DNA from: Psammoneis japonica
Lineage: Eukaryota
DNA length: 56,227 nt
Assembly (NCBI GenBank): GCA_008632985.1
Contig: QPGO01000211.1
Span: 62,001-118,227 of the forward strand
Direction of reading: 5' to 3'
The notes beneath the pieces were generated by a model, which ran no database searches, had not been told where the DNA came from, and saw only the letters and a program-made list of their open reading frames with translations. The translations under genes and the position numbers were made by a program. Numbering within the stretch: position 1 is the first letter of the stretch; each line of letters starts with the position of its first letter. This document shows, one piece after another, positions 13,291 to 24,865 of the stretch.

Positions 13291-13427
13291 TGTAAAGTTT
13301 TTAAATGTAGGCAGCACCTTGTTGTGCCAACAAATTAAGAACAGAGACTAAACTGACACGGGACCATCGTAGAAGTCGGCACATCTGGAACCTTCATCCA
13401 TTGCACGGATTGAAGAGCCATCGATGT

Positions 13428-16400
13428 CTAAAGATTCTGTGTTCTCGGGAAAGCACCACAGTGGAAAGCACATGTCTTCCGCAAATTTTTGTGCCATTCC
13501 TTAGTGCTGCGAAAGCGTGAATCCAACGTAAGAAAGGACAAGTCATCAGATTCCATGGAGGTTGTAGAACGAACCGTCACGTCGCTCAAGGGCACACCTG
13601 TTGGAGACTTCTTGTAAACAAGAGGTGGGCACATTCCCGACTCTGCAGGTTTTTCAGGTTCTATGCAAGGTTCATTCTCAAGAACAGTCGAGAGCGGTTG
13701 TGGTTTTACCGGGCCCTTTCGACGAGGATTCAACGATCCAACAGAAGTCAACCACTTGCGCATGCTTTTTCTGCTTTTACTCCCGTTCCTCGCGTCTCGT
13801 TCGGAATTTTCCTCTACCTCGTTGCTTGGTGAACTTTCGATGACGACTTCTACAGGTGCACTTGACATGAGATTCTTGGTGCTGCAGACTTCTGAAATCT
13901 CATTCGACGATGATTTCTTCGCAGTGGACGATGAAGCCACACCTCCCCGAGAAATGTCATTGCCTGTTGTGCATAAAACGGTGCCTTTTCTGGCATTTGC
14001 GCCATCTGCACTTGGTGTGACATCGATGCCAAACTCACACAGACCTGCCGTTGTGTCAATTTGTTGCACCGAGATGTTCTGCTCCTTGAGATGAGAAGAG
14101 TTGTCGTCATGAACCACCCCAAGCGCAGTGGTGTCAACAACTTCGCCGCGGTCAACCTCAAAGCCAGATTTGGGGAAGGTTGTGGTGGAATGGTGGTCAT
14201 TCGTCTGATTGTGCTCCCCCAAATCACCCCGGGAAATGCTTTTCCGTTCGTTTGATGCAAACGCATCATCACCCACAACGGAAGTGGGACCATTGCGCGC
14301 AGTTGAGCCAGTGCCTGGCTGGTCCGAATCTTGCGAACCAGGGCGAGTAAAACACTGGCTTCCGTTGCTTGCCGATTCGGCGTCGCGCCCAGAACTGAAC
14401 GACATTGAATCCAGATTAGCTTCTTTAGCTGCGCCGAGTGGTACGGAAGAAAAGAAGCCGTCGTAATCGGACTCCTGTTGCTCCGATGATTTGTCCGCTT
14501 TGGCCGGTGCAGCTTCGTCACCTAGAGAATTGCCATGGTTCGCGGTGCATTCAACAACCTCATTGCTTGTGGGAACATCTGCGCCATCGACACTTGGCGT
14601 GATGCGTGGAGCTAGTGACTGGTCAGGCCCCTGATCAGAGGCCTCGTGAATCTTGGGCTTAGCACCGTCGTCTATGTCCTCTCCAAACGCAACACCATCA
14701 TCGCGGTCAATCTCAAAGCAAGCTTCGGGCAAGCCTGTTGAGAACTTGTCATTTGCATGGTTCAACTCAGCTACATCACCCCGGGAAACGTAACTCCATT
14801 CGATTGACTCAAGCCCATCATCATCCATGACGGATGCAGGACCATCTGGGGCAGCTGAGCCAGTGTCTGGCCCTTGCGCACCAGGCAGAATTAAAGCAGA
14901 CGCAACCCGCTGGCTTACTTTGCCTCCCGCCACTGAGGCTTCACACCCAGAACTGAACAAAAAGGAACTCACAACGGCTTTTTCAGCTGCGCCCAACGGT
15001 GTGGAAGCAGAGACTTCATCATCCCCAGACTCCTGCTGCGATGATTCCTTCGGGCTGGGCGATGCAGCTTCGTCACCCTTGGTCCTGCCGCGGTCTGTTT
15101 CAGCGACATCATCCCTCATTTTCACATCTGTGCTGTCGACACTTGGTGTGATGTCGATGCCAATTTCGCATGAAGCTGGTGAATGGTCAATCCGCTCCAC
15201 AAGGGCGCTGCACTTCTTGGGATTGTAGCCATGGTCGTGAACCTCCGCAAGCGCATTTGTGTCGACAACCTCTTCGTCACGGCCAATCTCAAGGCCAGCT
15301 TCGGGTGTGGCAGATGCCAACTCGTTGTCATTTGTTCGATCCAACTCATCTGATGCAGCTCCCTGGGAAACGCCGTTGCGCCCGATTGATGACACCACAT
15401 TGTCGCCATCCTCAAGTGTGACATCGATGCCAACTTCACAGGGACCAAGCATCGGATCAACCCCTTGCACAGAGGCATTGTGCTTCTTGGGATTGTAACC
15501 CCCGTTGCGAACAAACCCAAACGCAGTTGTGTCGACAACCTCATCGCGGTCAACCTCAAATCCAGCCTCAGACGAGGCTGTTTCCAGCCGCGTGTCACTC
15601 GTTCGATTCAACTGAGATGCAGCTCCCTTGGTGGAGTCATTCCACCCACCATCATCAGCCACATTACCAGATGCAGCACGTGTGACCTCATCCGTGTGTG
15701 CACCGGCGCTGTTGGACACTCCAATGTCTGAATTGCTTGGCTCTTGAGCGTTCAGGTTGGAAAACGCCGTTGCAATCCATTGACTTAATCCACTCATCTT
15801 CAGTGATTCGTCACTTGACTCATGCGCGTTGCCTTGCGGTGCAATTGGCCCCGTGGTGCAATGGGCTTCTGATGGGCTTGTTTTCGGTGATTTAAATCCA
15901 GACAGCACAGTTGCAAGCCATTGATTTTGTTTGCTGGCATGCCAGGATTCAATGCTGTCATCGACAACCGGTGACGAGTAAATTTCGTCTGAAGCTTCGT
16001 GTCCTTTTGAGATTTGCAGCAAAGCCCATTCATCAACTTGTTTGTTCACTCGTGTCGCGCTTTCATGAGCGTTGCCTTGTGTTGCACTTGGCCGCGTGGC
16101 GTTGTGGGCTTCTGACGGGCTTGACTTCGGTGATTGAAGTCCAGACAGTGCAGTTGCCAGCCATTGGCTCTGTTTGCTGGTTCCCCAGGATTCAACGTCT
16201 TCATCGACAACTGGTGCCGAGTGACCTTCGCCAGGAGCGTCATCTCCTTTTGAGATTTGAAGCAAAGCCCCTTTATCACCCTGTTTGTTCGCTCGCACCG
16301 TGTCCTCTTGCGCTTCCTTTTCCAAAGCAGAAGGAGTTTCGGACGCACTTGGTTCTGGCAAACGATGCGTCTTGTCTGCTTCTTGACCCGCCTCAGTCTT

Positions 16401-18490
16401 TTCAAACACAGGACCAATGATGTTGGGGAACAGCTTGGACATCATTGAAGACGGAGCAGTCTCCTCCTTTTCTTCGGTTGGTTCAATGTTCTTGACGATG
16501 CTTTTCGATTTAGACGCAGTGATCTTGCGTCGGGCTTGCACCGCTACGACAACCTCTGCTTGGACAAAGAGCTTTGCAATTCCACTTGATCTCATTCCCC
16601 TGCAGTCAACACCATTTGTGGCCAACAACTCGTCACCGGCCTTCAGAGTTTTGGAGAACATCCCACCTTCGATAACGCGGGAAACCATCAATTGTCCACC
16701 GGAAATTCTCTTTACAGAAATGCCACTTTTGGACGTCTTGGCTTCTTTGAGGGCAATGGCTGCGATTTTCTGGTGGGAAGGTTGATCTTCGGGTTCAACA
16801 CGGCTTGGATTCACTGGATTGCCCAAAGGCGGCGCTCTGCACGATCCAAGTCTTGCCAGCGACTTTGATCCAAAAGAACGCATCTTTGATCGTTTCTTCA
16901 GCAACATCTGGAGCGATTCATTGCTGCGCTCAATCTTGAGCCCCTGATTGACTTCCATGGAGTTCACTTTGCCACTTGATTTCGAGCCATCATCGCCCAC
17001 AATCGTGTCGGGCGCCTTCTTTTTCTTCCACCTAAAAGACGACCTTGCTCGAAATGGGAGAATTCCCCGTTCTGCCTGTGCGGAGCTTGTTGCGAATCCG
17101 AATCGATCACAATTTCGTGTCCCGCCGCATCAGCAAGGCGGTCGAATTCACCATCCCGTTTCGGCTGAGATGTGTTACGAGATTCGTCTTCCTCGCTCTG
17201 TCCTCCGCTCGCCTCTACCGGAGCATCACTCTTGTCAGTGTCGCTTGGTCCTTGGCTCCCAGAAATGCCTTGGTGAACGCTCGCTTCAACACCTTCATCC
17301 AAGACACATGGCTTGTCTTTGGACGTCGCAATGGCTGCGGTTTTCTGGTGGGAAGAGTGATCTTCGGGTTCAACATGGCTTGGATTCGCTGGATTGTCCA
17401 AAGACGGCGCTCTGCGCGATCCAAGTCTTGCCAGCGACTTAGATCCAAAAGAACGCATCTTTGATCGTTTTTTCTGTGACATCTGGAGCGATTCATTGCT
17501 GCGCTCAATCTCGAGCCCCTGATTGACTTCCACGGAGTCCACTTTGCCACTTGATTTCGAGCTGTCATCGCCCACAATCGTGTCGGACGCCTTCTTTTTC
17601 TTCCACCTAAAAGACGACCTTGCTCGAAACAGGGGGATTCCCCGTTCTGCCTTTAGCGGAGCTTCTTTCGAATCCGGATCGATCACAATTTCGTGTCCCT
17701 CCATGTCATGAAGGCGGTCGAATTCACCATTTCGTTTCGGCTGAGATGCACTGCGAGATTCATCTTCCTCGCTCTCTCCTCCGCTCGCCTCTGCCGGAGT
17801 GTCACTCTTGTCAGCACCGCTTGCTCCTTGGCTCCTGGAAACACCCTGGTGAATGCTCGCTTCAACACATTCATCCAAGACACATGGCTCGTCTGGCTGT
17901 TGGAATGACTCTTCATCAATGTTTGACAGCTCACTGTTTGATGGAGGCTCTGAGTTCACGCTGCGATCTTTCTTCCTCTCCAAGGCAACATCCCGTTTCG
18001 GCCGAGATGCATTGCGAGATTCGTCTTCCTCGCTCTCTCCCCCGCTCGCCTCCACCGAAGCATCACTCTTGTCGGCATCGCTTGCTCTTTGGCGCCCCGA
18101 AACACCCTGGTGAACGGTTGCTTCAACACCTTCATCCAAGACACATGGCTCGTCTGGCTTTCGGAATGACTCTTCATCAATGTTTGACAGCTTGCCATTT
18201 GGTGGAGGCCCTGAGTTCACGCTTCGAACTTTCTTCCTCTCCAAGGCAACAACAACCGTCGCTTCGTTGGGCCCCTCTCCTGGTGCTTTCTCCTCCGTCA
18301 GGGGAGACGAGTCATGCACCAGGCTTTCGATCGATGAGTTGTTGCTGGTGGTCGTACGCTGCTGCATTTCTTGGGAAAGCAGAGGCCAGGTCGTCGCTTT
18401 TGTGGCGCTCAGATCACACTGAGCCCCACTCACCAAATAACAATCAACCTCCTCTACTTCCGATTCGTCGTTCCCTCCTTCAATCGTCAT
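13428..18490 (-). CDS. Large internally repetitive protein with a PDZ-like domain; one frameshift near 17078
   Basis: ORFs 16964-18490 and 13428-17000 are joined by a 1-nt deletion visible against the duplicate copy (ttctgcctttagcgg at ~17645 vs ttctgcctgtgcgg at ~17070). PDZ-like segment KSGISVKRISGGQLMVSRVIEGGMFSKTLKAGDELLATNGVDC lies at ~16520-16770. Several internal repeat modules are present. Confidence 0.7.
16760..18250. repeat. Recent intragenic duplications (about 540-600-bp and 240-bp offsets) within the PDZ gene
   Basis: KPCVLDEGVEA...ASGGESEEDESR module x3, ALERKK..SVNS..LSNIDEESF x2, and GDDSSKSSGKV...RSFGSKSLARLGS x2; near-identical at the nucleotide level. Confidence 0.9.
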
Positions 18491-18899
18491 CGTACAGCAT
18501 CAGATGAGCATCCCGCCGTCGCCGTCTGCTCATGAGTTTATGAGCTTGCCGAATAGCCGCCAAAAACCTTTCCGTTCAAGATAAATGTAATAATTCGAGA
18601 TTAATTTTAATTATAAGTTATTAACATCTATGATTACTAATAATATGATCTTAGAAAATTTTTGTCTCTATCAAAAATATAGATGAAATGTTTTTTCAAA
18701 AAAGTCATATTCCTATAAGAGCTTTAGGATAACCAATATTTCCCCCAACGTAAACCTGTCCCGGGTGGACGAACAAAGGTCTGGCTGTGCGTGCGTGGCG
18801 GCGTGGGCATCCTTGTGAGTCGTCTACCGGCACATCCGAACAAACAACAAAAATCAGCATCATTCCCACTCAAGTCTGCTCTCTGCTCTCTCTCTAGAG

Positions 18900-21050
18900 A
18901 GACTGCAGTGCAGAACCATCCCGCACCACACACACTGGCCCAGCACGTGGCACTGGAGCCATTGTCAAGTCATGAGAAGTGTTTCTGAAAACGGCCACAG
19001 ACGCCCTGGAAGCACCCTCACAAAAGCACCGCCACTCCAACAAACAGCATGAGCACGCTCCAGCATTAGAGGCGGGTGCTAAACCTGGAGGACCTCAAAT
19101 GTTGTTGCAGTGCAAGCACCAAACAGCTGNNNNNNNNNNNNNNNNNNNNNNNNNNNNNNNNNNNNNNNNNNNNNNNNNNNNNNNNNNNNNNNNNNNNNNN
19201 NNNNNNNNNNNNNNNNNNNNNNNNNNNNNNNNNNNNNNNNNNNNNNNNNNNNNNNNNNNNNNNNNNNNNNNNNNNNNNNNNNNNNNNNNNNNNNNNNNNN
19301 NNNNNNNNNNNNNNNNNNNNNNNNNNNNNNNNNNNNNNNNNNNNNNNNNNNNNNNNNNNNNNNNNNNNNNNNNNNNNNNNNNNNNNNNNNNNNNNNNNNN
19401 NNNNNNNNNNNNNNNNNNNNNNNNNNNNNNNNNNNNNNNNNNNNNNNNNNNNNNNNNNNNNNNNNNGGGGGGGGGGGGTCTTGCTTGGTGCACCAGCTGC
19501 AGAGCTCATGCACCAAATTTGGCCACCAGAAAATGGCCCACTGAGTTTCCCAACTGGAAGCTGTGCCAGGATGTGCAAGAAGTCTTTCAGCAGCAGCTGT
19601 TGTTGTTCTGTGGAAACATGTGAGATCACAACAAAATCTTGAGGAATGCACTCTGAACTTCCTCAGGACAAACACACATTTGCTGGAAAAGAGATTGTCT
19701 TCCATGTTGTTCCCAGTGCCAAGAGCCTCAAGCTGCTGTCATGACACACTGCCACCCAGACAGACACAAAAACCAGGGCTGGGTTGACAAAGGAGTTGCC
19801 AAGATCAAAGATCAAAGAATCCAAACAAAAGGCATTCAAGTGCATGTGGGAGCTGTTGGAAGCAAAAGAGAGCATTTCTAAAATTTCAAGCAAGTTTCAG
19901 CAAAAGAGGCAGTGGGGCTGTTCTTGGGGCTCTTTGGTGCATGGTGTTGCTTTTCAAAATTGCCAATGCAAACACCACTGCCCCTCAGAAGGTGCCAGCA
20001 CTTTCCCAGCAGTTCAGGGGGGCTTGACCAGCTCACACAAAACACTCGACACACATCAAAAATGAGAAGTTGAATCAAAGTGCAGGAAAATCAGACAATC
20101 ATGCAAGGCTGTGACCTGCCAGAATGCCAATGGATGACAATGGAAGTTGGGAAAAGAGGCTTCCTCCTGAGTGCTGGGAGACAGTGTGACACATCTGGTG
20201 GAACAGAACAAACAAAAAGATCTCACATGGATGACTCAAATGTCCAAAAGGTTTCTGGCTGTCATGCACAAATTTGGTCTGTTTGCTGCATCCCCTGCAG
20301 ACTCAGTCATGGGCTGGCTTTTCATTTTTTTTGTGGCTCAGGTTCTTTTGGCTTTGTGAGTGGCAGCTGAAAACACAGCTGCGCTTCTTGCGGATGGAAT
20401 GACAGCGCTTGTTGAGTTTTTGTCAGAGCGAAAGCACTGTTGTGAAGAAGTTGCAATGGAAAATGGTCGGGATGTTGGACCATGGAGCACTTGAGTTAAT
20501 CAACAATGCATGTTGCAGAGAATCGAAATTGTTCATCACACTGCATGACTCTTGCAGCTCTGTTGTTGGCTTTTTTGTCAATTTTCCTGCCATGCCCCCA
20601 GAAGGAAAAATCCCACAAGAATCTCCCAGAAATCAAAGGATTGCATCAGAAGCAGCGTGCCACAAAGCACAATGATGCCGCTGAACCAAATGCACATTTC
20701 AACGCTTGCAAGTTGTCACCTTGTGCTCTTGCTCTGCCAACCAGCACACACTGGTGCTGCTTGCAAGGTGGTGTGTTGGTTTTGACTGGGTCCTTGAACC
20801 CGAATCACAACCTGGTGAGGCTCCCTTCTCTCTTTATTCTCCTTCCTTCCATTCCCTCTCTCTTTTCCTTTTCTTCTTCTCAGTTGTCCTTTTTGCACTT
20901 CAACATCCAAATCCAAAAATCTCACGGGGGGCGCTTGAAAGCTGAGTGATGGACACCACGCACAGACGGGCGACGGACGACACGCGGCGGAAAAATCTCG
21001 TGTCGTCCCGCGAGGATGATGATGATTCATTCCAGATGATTCGCCATTCG
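18900..21050. repeat. TpA-void tract spanning an assembly gap (probable decayed TE remnant)
   Basis: Three TpA in 19467-21080; CpG sparse up to ~20900; no intact ORF. Confidence 0.55.
19130..19466. other. Assembly gap (N run)
   Basis: Run of n characters followed by a poly-G tract. Confidence 1.
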
Positions 21051-21111
21051 CCATCAACCCTCCATTTGCCTCCATCGATCTTCCTATTTTCGAAGCTTTT
21101 CAATTGTTCAA

Positions 21112-21972
21112 ATGATGCGATCTCCGTCCTTATCTAAAGCGTTGTCCTCCCCACGACGCTTATCTAGACGCTTGTTTTGTTGGACAGCTGCGGCAGCGTT
21201 GACATCCTCATACGCGTTCGCTCCTACTTTGCCCCAAAGCAACCGCGTGATTGCACACCCGACATTACAACCGCTAGGAGGAGCGACGTTGTCAAGATCT
21301 CAGCATCAGACGCTCCGTCTCTATGCTTCCAGGAAGGGTAATGATAGCTTCCTAGGAAAGGCAGCAGACACAGTCAAAAGTCTTCTTCCAAAGAATTTGT
21401 TTAAATCCAAAGAAGAGAAAAAAGCAGAACTCGCCAGAAAGCAAATGAAGAACGAAATCAAAGGCGGATTGAAAGAAATTCTCAAAGATGCCCCACTTCC
21501 AGTCAGAATGATGGGTTCCATGATTGCTCCACTGGTATCTGGTATGGCTTCGACACTCGCTGAATCCGTGGGCGAACAGCAACGCCAAATGTCAGAATTA
21601 CTGGACGATGCCCGAACCTTTATTGTGCGCGACACTGCTGCAACAAAAGCTCTGGGTGAACCCATTGTTGTGCAGTCACCCTTTTCACAAAGCTCCAGCA
21701 CTACAAACATTAATGGTAAAATGACATCACAAATCCAAGCATCCTTTCCCGTTCAGGGGTATTTCCAAAACGGGTCTGCCACCATGACTGCAAACGAGCA
21801 AGGAATTACTCGGCTTGTGTTACATGTGGCTGGCAGAAGCTACAACATTGATGTTTCGGACAAAGGTGGTGATACTGGAGGTGGCTACACGGAAAGGTTA
21901 GGAAGAAACCCAATGAATAAGGATGACATTATCGACGTTGAATTTGTCGAGAAAGACGTCGAGAAAAAGTAG
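21112..21972 (+). CDS. Predicted plastid-targeted protein of unknown function (possible Coa1/Tim21-like C-terminal region)
   Basis: SSYA|FAP matches the diatom ASAFAP cleavage motif and is followed by an S/T/R-rich transit-like stretch. The ALGEPIVV...ASFPVQG segment is only loosely Coa1-like. Confidence 0.75.
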   Translation: MMRSPSLSKALSSPRRLSRRLFCWTAAAALTSSYAFAPTLPQSNRVIAHPTLQPLGGATLSRSQHQTLRLYASRKGNDSFLGKAADTVKSLLPKNLFKSKEEKKAELARKQMKNEIKGGLKEILKDAPLPVRMMGSMIAPLVSGMASTLAESVGEQQRQMSELLDDARTFIVRDTAATKALGEPIVVQSPFSQSSSTTNINGKMTSQIQASFPVQGYFQNGSATMTANEQGITRLVLHVAGRSYNIDVSDKGGDTGGGYTERLGRNPMNKDDIIDVEFVEKDVEKK

Positions 21973-22088
21973 AAGCTACTTAAGTAGGCAGAGACTCATG
22001 AAGAATCTGTGTTGTGTATTTGTCGAGAAAGACGTCGAGAAAAAGTAGAAGCTAGAGTGAGAGACTCATGAAGAGTTTGTGTTGTGTA
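21942..22088 (+). repeat. About 76-bp tandem duplication spanning the stop codon
   Basis: atttgtcgagaaagacgtcgagaaaaagtagaagcta...gagactcatgaaga..tgtgttgtgta at 21942 and 22018. Confidence 0.95.
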
Positions 22089-22140
22089 AGACTATCCTTT
22101 GATATTTAATTGATTGTACTCTCTAGAGCCATAACTCTCT

Positions 22141-23489
22141 CTATTTAATCATTGAGATGCTATAGGCACTGTAAGCTTCGTCTTCTTTATGTAAGCGTCT
22201 GTCCACGTCCAAGAATGGGGGCAAATGTACTTTGGCTTGCTCGTCACCCGACGATTCGACTTGGGCGTGGAGAATGCAAATGTCAGATACAGGCTCTTCA
22301 TATTCCTGTTTCCGAGTCATAAATCATATTATTAAGGAGTGAGTTTGAGAAAGCAACCACGAGTGCGATTATATGCACTTGCAACAGGTAGATTAATCGA
22401 TTGATTGATTCTCGAAACACTTACATGAATGGAAAAGCTCTGCAAATGGTACAAGAAGCAGATTCGTCGCTGCCGAATAATGTGCCGCTTCAAGTCGCGT
22501 GTTTTGACAGCTGCGAGATACTCGCGACTGCTGATGATACGCTTCACCTCAATTTCCTTGTCGTCTTTGGTCACTTGAGCCGCGGTGAAACCATACACGG
22601 ATCCACCACGAGTGCCATCGCTTCTAATAATGGTTCGTTTCCGTACAAAGCTATACTCCTCCTTGAAGGGTGAAGAATCATCTACTTGTGCATCGACATG
22701 CACCAAGTACACCTTTTCAACTTCAAACACATGAATGTCAACACCGTGTTGTTGAACCAGCGCTTCAACGTCAGGTTTGCAGCGCAACAAGAACTTGGTC
22801 GTGACGCGTCTCAAATTGGAAGGTAGCCCAACCAGTTTGCTCACAGCATTCACCAACTTTTGTAGTTTAGGTTCAAAAGCTGTGGAATTATCAATGACAG
22901 TCAGTTTGGGGTGGCCCACCCATGCTTTTTGTGTCTTGAGATCCACTTCAACAGCTTCATCCGCAGTCTCACTTCTTGCTGCGTTATTGTCTAGCGTGTA
23001 AAACTCACGTGCTCCATTGGCTGCGGTCAACAGGTGGTACACAGCGTTGTATCGGCCCTCGCGAATATCAGTCACATCTATATTGCGGGATTCCAACAAC
23101 TGATTCCACTTGGCGGGGTCCATGTACGCCGACCCATCCATGATTCCTCGATCACAAAGCAACACGGCTGGTTTGCCACGTGCTCGGAGGACTCGTTCCA
23201 ACCCGTCTTCCATGGATGTTTGAACCGAAATGACTGTACCTTGAATGATTAAATCCATGCCGTCTGTTGAAAAATAATCGAGAGACAGTCCGTTTGACGC
23301 TAGAATCGTAAACACTTCGGGACACGTAATCACTTCAAAGCCACGCTCTCGGAGATACGACGAAACACGTTCCAACGCGGTTGTCTTTCCTCCACACGGA
23401 CCACCCGTCAACACAATTCTATAAAAAGGTGCCTTTGCACCATTGATGTTGTTCTCCGCCTCTGTTTCTTGCTTTGCATCGCCGTTCAT
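22141..23489 (-). CDS. TTD14-like P-loop NTPase (AAA_28/NadR-type) with CYTH-like C-terminal region, 2 exons
   Basis: RIVLTGGPCGGKTT Walker A, LLCDRGIMDGSAY, YTLDNNAARSET and AWVGHP. Intron 22306-22424 leads to a last exon EYEEPV...LPPFLDV...YSAYSISMIK*. Confidence 0.85.
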
Positions 23490-23758
23490 GGTGGAGTTGA
23501 TGAAGAGGGAGGACTTTCAGTTTGACACCTCATTGCCATACTATCGTACTGCTAACAACCAACAACAATTTCAACGTGTCGGTCCGTCGGGTCGATCGAG
23601 CGTGATGATTCGCGCGATTCAGTCAAATGACTCGGTGACTTGTGCAGCTTATTCGAGCTTTGCGGTTCACTCGACGACGACTCTCTAGAGTAGAGAGCTA
23701 GAGAGTAGAAGCTAAGGTCCTCTATTAGAGGGGCACCAAAGGCCATCTGAATGGATTC

Positions 23759-24233
23759 GCTGGAGCAGCTCTGGCGTGGGAGGTAAATTACCTTGCTCTA
23801 AAAAAAAAAAAACCTGCTGGTGCTTCCAGGCACACTCTGCCGCAGCACTTTTTGCGCTGCACCACATCATTTTATCATTTTGCACCACAAAGAGCTCAAC
23901 TCCTGCTGCACTGTTTGCTGGAGCAGCTCTGGCATGGGAGGCAAATCACCTTGCTCTAAAAAAATCACCAGCAACCTGCTGGTGCTTCCAGGCACACTCT
24001 GCTGCAGCACTTTTTGCGCCACACCACACCATTTTGTCATGTTGCACCACAAAGAGCTCAGCTCCAACTGCACTGTTTGCTGGAGCAGCTCTGGCGTGGG
24101 AGATAAATCACCTTGCTCTAAAAAAATCAACCTGCTGGTGCTTCCAGGCACACTCTGCCGCAGCACTTTTTGCGCTGCACCACATCATTTTGTGTCGTTT
24201 TGCACCACAAAGAGCTCCAATCCAACTGCACTG
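23759..24233 (+). repeat. Tandem array of three ~160-bp units at the start of a TpA-poor tract that runs to ~24780
   Basis: Units start gctggagcagctctggc at 23759, 23917 and 24079. Confidence 0.95.
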
Positions 24234-24865
24234 CTTGCAACTTTGCACCCCCATGTTGGGAGCCCCATTGTAACTTTTTGGCGCAGATCGGAGACCAATG
24301 AGATGCAGTGGTCTGTGCCTCCCCCCTGTGTGAGTGGGGGGTTGTTTTTGCGATCTGCTTTGCGACGCTGCTCACATCGCAGAAGCAGTGCATGAGTCTA
24401 CAAGCACCATTTGAGTCACAGCAAACTCACTCTTTTTCTTCATCAATGTTGCACTGCACGTTGATGAGACGAGAGAGCGAGTTTCGTTTGCAGCCTGCAC
24501 AGCCCACCCTTTGCGGCTCTCCAGCCAGAGCTCCAATTCCTGGTCCCCGGAATGGGAGCCCTCTAGCTCGAGGTCTGGTGCTCGTGGCCCATTCCACAAC
24601 CAACCAGAGTGCTCGACTAAGAGCGCATCAGACACGAGAGGAAGCAGAGTCGGCGAGCGACAAAGAGCAATCGACAATCGACACATCGATTGTCATGAAG
24701 TGCAGGTTGCACCGTGGGTGTGCGCGCTCCCACTCTCTGCACTCCCCCCGCCCTTGACAACTTCAACTTGCCCTCAAAAATAGATGTTCTCACCGCGCCA
24801 TGACAAAAACGCTTAGGCAAGTTCGTATTTCGTAACCTTACTGTGTTCTGAACATCTTGATTTTC

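Noticed and set aside
11593..13351. Many overlapping Cys/His-rich ORFs suggesting zinc-finger or metallothionein genes
   Set aside because: They are a by-product of TG/CA enrichment and loss of TA-containing stops; they occur in all frames and show no coherent motif.
17620..18507. 295-aa plus-strand ORF antisense to the PDZ gene
   Set aside because: It stays open because the region lacks TpA; it is a shadow of the repetitive minus-strand gene.
18979..19705. ORFs spanning the N run
   Set aside because: Artefacts of translating through the gap.
23759..24233. CRISPR-like array or the repeat ORFs 23776-24273 and 23820-24395
   Set aside because: Units are contiguous with no unique spacers and there are no cas genes; the ORFs stay open because TAA/TAG are depleted.
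23714..24785. Weak inverted similarity (ctattagaggggca vs tgccctcaaaaatag) as TIRs
   Set aside because: Too short and gapped, with no TSD identified.
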